Assembly (NCBI GenBank): GCA_003344405.1
Contig: NOWV01000002.1
Location: forward strand, 1,426,001-1,490,000
Source of the DNA: Trichoplax sp. H2
Taxonomy: Eukaryota
Reading direction: 5' to 3'
DNA length: 64,000 bases
The first letter of the stretch is position 1, and each line of letters starts with the position of its first letter. The position numbers were made by a program, and so were the translations under genes. The notes beneath the pieces were generated by a model that had not been told where the DNA came from, searched no databases, and saw only the letters and a list, made by a program, of their open reading frames with translations. Shown here in pieces: positions 14,090 through 25,770 of this stretch.

Positions 14090-14800
14090 CTAAGTACAGT
14101 ACAGTTACACCTGTCGAAGGTTGGTATTGAAAGTCTGTCCATCGGATCCATCCATCCAGTACTGATTTATTAGTGTACAGTGTACAGTAGCTGCACTAAC
14201 TTTGTATTGTACACTGTACACTGTACTGCAGAGAGAAGACATCAAATCGATCGAAATAGAAAATCAATAAAATTCCCTACAAAAAAGAATAATATGCAAA
14301 TTAGAGTCTCTATGTAAGGGACTTTAATGCAAATCATGTGCGATATTCACCATAAGCATAGTAATTCAGTCGATCTAACAGTGATTATGTCTTCTCTCTT
14401 CAGTACATTACTGTAGTCCCTGGTACAATCATGGACTACAGTACAGTAACGTAGTGTAATACTGTATTGAGTAACCCACGATTGAAGATTAAAGCATGCC
14501 TTACTGTACTTCCATCTTTCAATGTTCAAGGCATTTTCATTCCTTTTAGCTCAAATTTCACATAAAAAGATGATAACAACCTTGATCAATGGGCTCTTGA
14601 TGACCTTAACACTACTGTCGATGTCTTGATTCATTTCTACTGCAGTTATTGTAGGATCGGTTGGAAATTTCTTATACAAATCATGCGTTGCTAGTGGTCT
14701 AAATATCAATAACATCTTGTTGACGTACTGTACAGTACTATCCACTCACTCATTCTATACAGAAGTCCATACTACAGTGTACAGTGTACAGTACATACAG
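14090..14800. repeat. (CAGTA/TACTG) pentamer-rich island between the STRA6-like and fucosidase 5' ends
   Basis: gtacagtacag (14094), gtgtacagtgtacagtag (14173), tgtacactgtacactgtactg (14208) and tacagtgtacagtgtacagtacatacagtag (14773). Confidence 0.7.
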
Positions 14801-14998
14801 TAGAGACCTTAGTCGGGGGGATCCTGCCTTGGGACTGCCAACAATAACACTGGCAATTGTCATCGCTATTATAGTAAAATTGTGCTTGGAGAACATTGTC
14901 TTGGTGCTGTCAGGGTCGTCGATTCTATCCTAGTGATATAAACAGACAGGAAAAGTTGGACTTTGCTAAAGGGAGAAATTTTCATTTCCTGGCTTGCC

Positions 14999-17900
14999 AT
15001 GACTAAATCATACGAGCATCATGCAAATCGACTCTTTCCTTGGTCAAATACTGCCTATCTGGGCAAACGACGATATTGCCTATTGATGATCGTTGTCTTG
15101 ATGATTATCATGCTGAGAATTATCCATCAGACCGAGGTAGAGAGCAACAATCATGGCTTCGGGTGGTTTCACTTTTATACGAGTGGAAAGAAATATCAAC
15201 CTAACTGGAAATCATTAGATGCTCGTCCATTGCCGTCATGGTACGATAAAGCCAAGGTGGGTATCTTCGTCCATTGGGGCGTTTTCTCTGTTCCAAGCTT
15301 CGATAGTGAATGGTTTTGGTGGCATTGGAAAGGACTAAATAGCAGTAAAGATAACCAATTTATGCAACAAAATTATCCACCTGGATTTTCTTATCCAGAA
15401 TTTGCACCATCATTCACCGCTGAATTTTTCGATGCTGATGCATGGGCCCATTTAATTGAAAATTCGGGTGCAAAGTAAGATCGAACATCTTGATAATGGT
15501 CTATGACTGATACTAGATGATGATGATAATAGAAATGAAATTGTATTTGTTGCCGTAGTGATGAATAAAGTGAAGTAAGATGACTACTGTACAGTAGTCA
15601 TATCGGAGCAAGTCGATTATACTCGACTTGATTCGTCATGTCATGGTAGAAGAAACAAGTAGTTACAAGCTCATCTCTCATGAGGAATATCCACTTCATG
15701 AAGAGAACTAAGAAGTTGCATAATGTTCACTGTTGATCGCTAAAATTGGCTTCTTTGATAACAGGTATGTGGTATTTACAACCAAACACCATGAAGGTTG
15801 GACTAATTATAAGAGCCATGTTTCTTGGAATTGGAATTCAGTCGATAATGGACCACATCGCGACTTAACAGGCAAGTTAAACTTATATAAAAGGTGCTGA
15901 CTTTTAAAGTCGTAAGTATTGCCTCACTTGTATTCTAGATTGAACAAGAGTCATCACGATAGATCCACTTAGCAAAATAAACTTACCAGTAGAATAGTTC
16001 TATTGGGGACATGTTGACACGCAAGGACTGCTCTCAAGTTTCTATCCAGTACAGTAGTCCCCGTAACATTATCTCGAAGCTGGCGAACTCTAATCGCTAG
16101 TCCTACAGTATTATACGCACATAGGATAACGTTAAAAAGAATAGATCCCTAGTGGATAAATGAAGAAATCAGGAGACGAAAATAGGATCAATCTTATGAG
16201 CCCCGTCAAATGAGAACCAGCTCTATTTACTTACGGAGCATACTTACAGTACTAAGGCAATAGTCATCTTCCAGCGAAACAGTAGAATGGATTACTATCC
16301 TTATACTACTCTTCAACATAGTACCTTTAAAAAATTAAACTTTAACCTTAAGTACAGCATGACCATCAATTGTTGCTTTGCAAGCTCTTTTTTTGCTTAC
16401 GTAAAGGTGCTACATGGAATATTCTGTGTTGCATGGAAGTTATTTACGCGTTGTGTGTTAGCTCTCGATATGAGCACGACTTCAGTATTACTCTCATACG
16501 GTGCAAATTTAAAGCAAAGAATTATACTATCATAGAGTTAACACCAAGATACTGCTATTACTCAGTTCTGCTTGAAATATTATCAATAAGAATAATATCG
16601 ACATAAATATAGTAATACGAAATAACCGCTTAAAAGGATAGAATATTAAAATTAAAATAAAGCATAGATATTCTTTAACTAGACTTTTGGCAACTTTTTT
16701 ATACAGCTGAAATTTCTAACGCCGTACGCAAACGAACCAATGTCACCCTTGGTTTATATCATTCATTGTATGAATGGTTTAATCCCTTGTATCTTTTCGA
16801 CAAAAAGAATAGTTTCAAAACGAAAAAGTTTATCACGGTAAATCTCATACTCCAGTAGTATTGCTATTCATGGTAATACATGGTAATACGCGTAGAAAGA
16901 AGCCATACAGTGTGTAAAACTTCTCATTTGGATACTATATGTGTGATATATTATATATTTCAAGGAGACATTAATGCCAGAGTTGCACTATGTGATTAAT
17001 CAGTACAAGCCTGATCTTTTATGGTCTGATGGTGACTGGGAAGCACCCGATACATATTGGCAAAGCCAAGAATTTTTAGCGTGGCTATACAATGATAGGT
17101 GAACTTAGCAATTGTTACTTACGCGTATACTGCTAATCGCAGTATTCAACGCCAATGATTTATTTATTAAAGAACTTCATGATAATGATGTGTTAGTCAT
17201 CTAGTAGAACAGCAACTTTATATTATAGGAAATTAGTGTATAGCAGATTTATTACTTATTAAGCAGGCCATAATGCCTTTTCTAAATTTCTACACTTTAT
17301 TTTTCGTAAAGTCCTGTCAAGGAAACCATAATTACTAATGACAGATGGGGAAGAGGGAGCATTTGTCATCATGGTGGTTATTATACTTGTCAAGATCGAT
17401 TTGATCCAGGAGTCTTACAGAAACATAAGTGGGAGAATGCTATGTCTTTAGATCTTACTTCATGGGGTTTTGATCGATCCTCAGGATTAAAAAATTATCT
17501 TTCCATGGAAGAATTAACGAAAGTGCTTATTAGAACAGTCAGGTTTGCAATAAATTTTATTTTGGTATAATCTGAATAAATCTAAATTATTGAATTATCA
17601 TAAACTTTTTTAAAATGTAAAAAATTTTAAACAATTTCGTAAAGTTGAGGCGGTCACTCGCTTTAGAAGCCATAAATGCGCTTCATTAATAAGATTACGA
17701 CTGTTATGTATTATTGTTGCAAAGTATACTACATAATCTATCTGCTGATAGATGTGCTTGTTCACTAACATTTGCGGTATTGCCAACGTTATAAATATGT
17801 AATTTTGACTGATACCTTTCTGTTATGATGGTGTTATACTAGGATTATGAATACTAAATTACTTTTATACGTTTAGTTGTGGCGGCAATATTCTCATTAA

Positions 17901-18374
17901 TATTGGGCCAACGTCAGATGGTAGAATACTTCCAATATTTCAGGAGAGGTTGACACAACTTGGTAGCTGGCTAAAGGTGAATGGTGAAGGAATATATAAT
18001 TCCATACCCTGGAGAGTCCAAAATGATACCATTACAAATGACGTTTGGTTAGTTGTTTGATACATAATTTAATATTGAGTACAACCATATTAAAACTTTC
18101 ATTGTATTAATTTTTAATTTCGTATAGGTACACTGAACGACAAGGAACTGTCTATGCTTTCTTTTATAGTTGGCCTGCTAGTAATAAGTTGGCCTTGACA
18201 GATCCTAAAGTAACGCCAAAAACTTCAGTAAAATTGTTGGGCTTTGAGGGAAATGTTCCATTTAAAGCCAATTCGGGATCCAATTCTGGAGTTTTGTTAG
18301 ATCTTAGTAGTGTTAGTGCAGATAGATTAAGTACAGAATGGGCTTGGGCTATTGCCTTACATAATGTACATTAG
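14999..18374 (+). CDS. FUCA: Alpha-L-fucosidase (glycoside hydrolase family 29), 7 exons, 498 aa
   Basis: Exons 14999-15474, 15765-15871, 16707-16837, 16965-17098, 17312-17542, 17877-18047 and 18128-18374 join in frame (1497 nt). Motifs: [48 protein letters not shown] (nucleophile Asp), [15 protein letters not shown] and [10 protein letters not shown]. Confidence 0.96.
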
Positions 18375-21179
18375 ATTGTAATCTATACACATAGACTAAA
18401 AATTAAGTTTCAGCTATAAGTAGATATAATTTATCATAACTGAGTTCGATAGAACTTAAAATACTCACATATTATGTAAAAAATCAATAAACAGATAAGA
18501 TGAGAGTATATCAACCTTGAAATTGTAGCCTTTTATTATCTTGAATTGATGGATTATTTTTCTGTTGCAACTTACAGATTGATATATTGACTTAAAATTA
18601 CGTTATCACTAGTGCAGTTAAAAAGTCTTTGATGACTCAAGATAGACGAATTTTTTTATTGACTTTGCTTCTGTTAGATAAGTATGTAGATGAATTGCAG
18701 TAAATAGGATATAAATTGGAGAATAATTCCGAATATATTTGATATTATTCTACTGTGTCTTCTTTAGCCTGCATATACTTTCCAGATCCAGTCTTGGTTA
18801 GTAATACATTTTGGTTTAAATTACCATGGATATTTTACTATTTTAAGAAAAAGGTAATTATAAAATAAAAGGTTGCTATAATGCAAATGTGTTTGTGAAC
18901 ATGCTTGTATTTCAATTGCTCTCAATTTACTGTGAATGTAACTAGTCCATAGTACAAAATATTAAACGTTTAAATTCAGAAACTATCACAAATAGCTTTT
19001 AACGAGGACATTTAGGATTAAGAGCATTTGATTTTGGATAATCTTGAGTACTTAATCTTAAACCGCAGATTCTCACTGTTATGGAAGGTTATGCGCATGT
19101 GCTAAAAGACGTACCACTGGAAATACTGTAGACTGCGAACATATTATTATATACAAATTCATTAACTAAATGCATGATTTAGAAATAGATAATAAAATAA
19201 ATGCAATATATAGTAATCATAACTAAATAATAAGGTAATTACAGTATTTTGTACTTGCATGGCGAAATTTAGCCGTCATTATACCACATGGACAATACAT
19301 ATCCTTCGGTGTACGAATATAAATAATGAGATAAATCATTATTTTAATAAATACGTATTTAGGACGTCTATAAATATTGCTGAGGCTGCATACTAGTGCT
19401 AAATTCACATAAAAGGGCCAAATCTATCTTGTTTTGTTACATCGGAAGTTAATGAGTGAATAGAATCTTTAAAGTTTAGCTTGATATATCCTGTCAAGCT
19501 CAATTTAGTATCACTTGCTAACTTGCAAACCGATAGAATTATTATAAGATGTAGTAATGTCCAATTAATATGTCTTATACGATAGCAGTTACTATACTTG
19601 CTTGGAAGTCGTCAATAAGGAGCGTGATATACGATAATAGATGAAAGTTATATCGAGCTTGAACGGATTATTTTTAAGAAGTATAAGCACCTAACGAAGG
19701 TTATCCAATCATACACAAACATGCTTAGAAACATATAGCGTCAAACTAACTAAAAGTGACTTTACTTTGATTCTATCCCGAATTATACTACGACTCTTGG
19801 AACCAGATCGAAAATTATATTCAATAGTAATTGCCATTCTTATTGCTAGATGGAATCATTTTTTATATAGTGAAACAATATATCCGACGTATAATACGAA
19901 AAACATTTGTTCTCTATTATGTCAATCTCATTTCATATAATTCTAGTGTTGAAAACCTAAAATTTTTATTTGTATAACAATAATTAGACCCTTCAATGTT
20001 CAGCCTAAGCACATAAATGATAAATAATGTAAAGACCGTCAAAATTTCTATTACTTAATTGGTGTATCTAATTTTAATTTAGGCTGCATTAATGTTGCAC
20101 TGAAACTTATCTATATATTCTGTATGTTTTTGTCTTACTTTTCACAATTGTACATACACTGAAATTAGATTTTTTGCATGTATTCTATAAATTTTGCAGT
20201 AAATTCATCATTCTATTTGAATATGTGCAATTGTGGATATAGTAGAGAAATCAAGAATAATAGCGTTGATTGTTATTATCCTTCGAATAGAGGCGGATAT
20301 AAATTAGATGGTTCATTCAATGGATGATGACAGTCAAATCTATATTTAATTTTTTATCCATGACAATCAATCAATTTATTCGTCATAGATGAACTTTAAA
20401 TAACACTTTAGGATGACAACGTGAAATTCTACTGGTCTATAATATTATCGACCGAGATTAGAGTATTATTTTTTAAGACAATTTTTATTAATAGAATGAG
20501 GGGTGAGGGCTGATATTTATTAAACGGACAAAATTCAATGAGAAAATTAGCGAAGTTGCTATAGTAACAATAATCATCATCTTTCTATTAGTAACTACTC
20601 CTTTTAATAGATAATTATATTTATTCGTTTCCCTATATGATATTAACAGAATGAAAATAATAACTTCTCGTTCTAAATATTAAGTAATATAGTTGAATCT
20701 GTTAATAATCATAATCTAAGTTATAGTCAATGGCTGCAACTTATTACAAGAGAAATATTCAAGGTAAGGAATAATTTATTTGAACTATCCTTAAAGTTAA
20801 CATGACCTTACAATTCTTGCTATTTATTTAGTGAGTGAAGAAGAAAGTAATTAACGGAACTAAAAATTAGTACTTGTTAGTAGCCAGCGTAAGGAATTAG
20901 TAGGTTTTACTGTTCTAATATTTATTAGTAATAAAGCATATATAGCACAGTATCAGAAAAAAAGCATAGATTTTATAGTAGCGACTGAGGAATACCTTTG
21001 ATCTTCTCCAAGCCGATTAACACGCTCATGCCTGTCTCTAAGAACGTTTTGATAATTCTTGGATAGGCTGTCACTTTCTCAACGAAGATAGGCTATTGAT
21101 TTAGTAATTAAAAGTCGAAATTAACCTTGTCCGGGCTATTAGCTGCCTTTTTTTGGCTGTAGAAGTTGACTTTCACGTC

Positions 21180-24100
21180 ATGATTCGCCAACTAAACATC
21201 CACGAAGCTGGTAAGTTAGTCCTATCTTTACTTTCTAGGGAATAGGTAATTTGAATAACTAAAATTTAACTGAAACCGACAAATGATCTTAAAAGTTGAA
21301 TTAACCGATTACATCTCAAGAGTTGGTAGTTAAGACGAGAATAATCAGATGATCTTCTTAAATAACTTTTTAATCATGTATAATCGATATTTACTAGGAA
21401 ATTGGCGATAGCTTAATCGGTAACTGTTCGTCTGATTGTATTCATTTATTTTTAGTCCATAAAACTCTTAAAACTCGAATGACCACTGTAGATTTTCATC
21501 AGACTATGATGTGGTATCATGTCAGTTTATTATGTTTTCAATTGTGATCTAGTTTTATTTTTTCTACTGGCGATATTAAATTTTAATAAGTAGCAGCATT
21601 AAAAATAATCTTTATCCTAGATAACATGTTTTTTGGATCAAGAAATCGGTTGATATTTTTATTATAATTTAGTTTTCTTCGATTTTTTCCTTAGCATTTG
21701 CTGGCGATTACAAGGCTTTAAGGAAAGCCTTAGAAGATGGACAGGTTAGTTAGCATTGAATCAGATTTTATTATTACACTAATTACCACACCCGCTTGTT
21801 CGCTGTTTATTTCCTTTTTTTGGAATGGGTGATAGAATCATGCGATTCATAATATGTATAATATATCGTTTAGTCATTCCTATTCGATTGTTAGTCCATT
21901 TCAAGCTTTAATTAAGATAGCGACCCTTAACATATAAAATATGAGTACTAATTACTTAAGGTTAATCATAACATTTTCACCTTTTTCATAATATTTTTCT
22001 TTGATTTCTTTAATTTGTTGGAAAAGGAATAAATCATTTCTTTCTTACTTCGACGAGTTAATACTGCAGGTGAAATATTTAGATTATAGCCAGTATGGTA
22101 TCATTATCTATTGATCATAACGGAGTCATAACTAGATTGTTTCCAGGTATGATCTAGTCCTGCTTCCCTCTAAATTTACCAGAAGTAATTATATCTGGCA
22201 CTTGACATTTTAATGACGATACATTGCCCATTTTCTAATGAGGTAAAAAATAATTCATTTCTTTCTTACTTCGACGAGTTAATACTGCAGGTGAAATATT
22301 TAGATTATAATCAGTGTGGTACCATTATCGATTGATCATAGTGGAGTCGCAACTAGATTGTTTCCAGGTATAAACTTGTCCAGCTTCCCTTTAAATTTAC
22401 CAAAAGTAATTTTACCTGGTACTTGGCACTTTAATGAGGATATGTTGCCCATTTTCTAATGTAGTAAAAATTCAAACCATTATTAACTAAAATCATACCC
22501 TTTATGACTAAACTTGCTCTGTCTTGAATTCTGCCTATTTTAAAAATAAATTCAATCCAATACTTTAATTTGGAATAAAAGTTGAAATTAAAAATATACG
22601 GAAAGGAGTTGCATTCCGCGGTGTTCAGCTATGATTGCTTATCATTGGTAATGTTCTCTAGTAATTTTTTTGGATTAAGCTGCTTACAGGTATACAGATA
22701 CGTAGTCAAAGCGTATAAATTCTGTAGTGAAAATTGAAATTTTACAGTAGTTTATGATCAACTTTTAAAGTCATAAACTCGTATCTTATTTAGTACCTAC
22801 ATTAAAGATCGTTCACAATACTATAGCACGTTGCAGGGCAGTTATAAAGAGAATTTTAATAGGATTTCCTGTCTTCTATTACAGATCCTCTTTCCCTGTA
22901 TTCTTTTAATCATCCTTGGCTTATATTGCTTAATTGACGAGAATCAGTTTTAGAAGACAACCAACTACCGTAATTGAAGTAGTGAATTACTATTAAATTT
23001 GCATGACTGCCGATCAGAATCTAAGCATCTACCTATAAAATCTTTAATCTCCCAATCTTATCATAAAATAAAATAGTTAAATGAGTTGATAATTAACTAT
23101 TTGGGTTTTGATTAATTTTAACGATATTAATTCCATCACCGATGATACTGAGATATTATATAAAATTTGAAAACTTTACGATATGAACAAAGCACCCAAA
23201 TGGAAAGTAAAAGTAATTTTGTTTGCAATTGCTGTTTGTAGTTATTGAGTAACGCGATTGAGGCAAATACTCGTGGAATGCATCAAGATGGTATATCAAT
23301 ATCTGCACATTATCTTCAGTCTAAGCAAGGTTTACTTCTTGTTAATTATGGTGCAAGCATGACATGAAAAATTTGATTTTAGCTTGAATTGATCAGACCT
23401 CCCGTAATAATCAAAGAAATGATTGCAATAGTGACGAGAAGATTAAGGATATACATTTTGACAAATATATTTTCGTAGATATTTCGGTAGTCAGTTCTAT
23501 TAGAACCGATATAATTTCTTTGGTGGATTCCGTTGCAGATGAAATGAATCTCTAATAAATCTGCTTTAGAAATCATGTTTCGTCAATATTGATCAGTTTT
23601 TAGGGCATTTGTCAAGAAAATTCAATTTCCATTGCATTTTTTTTAGTGATATTTCAAGTTATGTCATTTCTTTCAGCGTTTTAACTTCCATATCTAGAAC
23701 GATAATCAAACAGTTGTGTCGCGCTTTCTTTCTAACATACAAATTATAGCCAATATTTTATCTTTAAATATTATGTGGAACGAGAAAATTGCTCTTACAG
23801 AATGTATATTCGATTTAGAAGCAGTATGACACCTTATATATCAGGACTAAAATATTATACTGCATGTTATAGAATCCTGCACATCTTGATCATACTGGTT
23901 CAACACCGATTCATAAGGCTGCTTCCAATGGACATACCAAATGTTTGCTACTTTTATTAGAAAATGGCAGCAAGGTCAATCAACTCGATGTTAATAAATG
24001 CACTCCAGCACATCTTGCAGCTCGCAATGGACATTTGCAATGTATAAAAAGTCTCTATTCAAAAGGTGCTGACCTATTTACTAAATCATGTAAAGGGAAT

Positions 24101-24281
24101 ACTCCTAAAAAAATGGCCAAAGTTGGCTTACATCAGCCAGTTGTCAATTTTATTAGCCGAATAGGTAAGATAGTGATTATATGGAAATAAACTGCATGCC
24201 CACGACGTACTTATTAAACTTAGTTCCTAATTTTCAATTCTTTGACATGTAGAAAATGAACGCATTGCATGGTCGATATAA
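21180..24281 (+). CDS. Small ankyrin-repeat protein (~133 aa, ~3-4 ANK repeats); last exon uncertain
   Basis: Exons 21180-21210 (MIRQLNIHEA|gtaagt), 21695-21744 (AFAGDYKALRKALEDGQ), 23873-24164 (NPAHLDHTGSTPIHKAASNGHTKCLLLLLENG...CTPAHLAARNGHLQCIKSLYSKGAD) and putative 24253-24281 (ENERIAWSI*). An alternative 3' exon starts at ~24521. Confidence 0.85.
22033..22470. repeat. Intronic tandem duplication, unit ~221 bp
   Basis: tcatttctttcttacttcgacgagttaatactgcaggtgaaatatttagattata at ~22033 and ~22255. Similarity continues to ttgcccattttctaatg in both copies. Confidence 0.9.
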
Positions 24282-25770
24282 GTTTCATCGCCATGGTAAT
24301 TCAGTGTCCATTCTATTGCAAATAGGCACTCTATTAATGTACTATGTGTAATAAACAAATTTTTACTACATAGTATCATTGAAGGAAGGAATTGATGATA
24401 TATAATTATCAACGACGATGTGATAGACATCGGATGTTATAAAATGAAAATGAAATAATTGAGTAGAAATATACTAAAAAATGTCAGATTTAATATTACT
24501 TGCATGCTCTTTATTGATTAGACATAAGAATGAATGTAGCATCGAGAATTATACGACAACTTGAAATCTTTTACGGTACAATGCAATAGTGATGATAGCT
24601 AGAATATTGACGAAATGCTACTCACAAAGATCTCGCTGAAAGTACTTTTAGGGCTAATTATATTCTAACTTTACCTAGAGTACAGTAGTTATAAAGTACT
24701 GCAGAATGTCAAATCATCGCTTAATAATTACAAATATATTACTAAAATAGTAAAAGCTTTGCGATTAGCAAATTGGTTGAAACATGGTTGTAAATTATTC
24801 CTTTATGCCAATACGACGGCTAACTATTTCTAAATATTGCAATAAATTGAGTAAGATTGATGACTTTGATAGCGTATTCCGTATGCTTTTATGTGTGTCA
24901 GAGTATATTATCTCAGATTCTTTTATTTGGCAATATTGCAATAACGCAAATTTGTAGACAAAACAGGCAAATGAGGTTTCGTCGATGTCAGAATTAATCT
25001 AACAAGAATTCTACTCTAGTTTCTCAGAAATATTCAAATAGTTACATTCGTTAATGCCGCAGCAATCAGGTGTTTGTATTTCTAGTTTCTAACATTATTT
25101 TATCATGCCGCTGGAATAGCTGATGCGGTTGCCGATAAAAAGTTTGCCTTTAAATTAATCCATAATAAGAACATCAAAAGTATTGTAGATCCGTTCGATA
25201 TCCAATCAAGATTTGATAAAGCAATCATTTCCGTCAAAATCATTACGAAGTAGTCTACTGTGTATGATTTTACATGCTCTGATTTATCAGAGAACGGTTA
25301 ATTATATTGTACAATTCGAGTCAAGTAGCTATTTTATACAAATAGAAATTATTTGATTAGGAGTAGCAGATATAATGGCATTACGCTACAATTGCATTCT
25401 CATGTTATAGTATCGCTATTAATATCTATAATTTCTTAAAGTAATCATAATAGTAGCGCAGGCTATTCAAGTTCTTGGAATAATGCTTACGTTTTTGAGA
25501 TAAAAATAGTTGATAAACCAAAGAGACTAGTAGGCAAGTACAATGCGTAAGAGACAAGCAAACCAGCTTGCAATGCCCTACTATACTTTGTGCTCTCTGC
25601 AGAGCTAATGAAATAGTAAAAATCGAAATTATTCGGATTATGTAATCTATCTTATTGCACTTTGAGTAATTTTAAATATGAGAATCGAAGTAGCTGCAAC
25701 CTTATACGCGTACCAAACCGTAAGGTATAAAGTTACTAGAACCATGGTAGTTAACTAATTAATACGAATA

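Noticed and set aside
23242..23290. Possible extra ankyrin-gene exon (LLSNAIEANTRGMHQD)
   Set aside because: Ends in phase 1 and would break the frame; the direct 21744-23873 splice gives an intact ankyrin repeat.
25087..25254. ~55-codon open segment between the ankyrin and SV2-like genes
   Set aside because: No recognisable motif, open on both strands, and could not be linked to a gene model.
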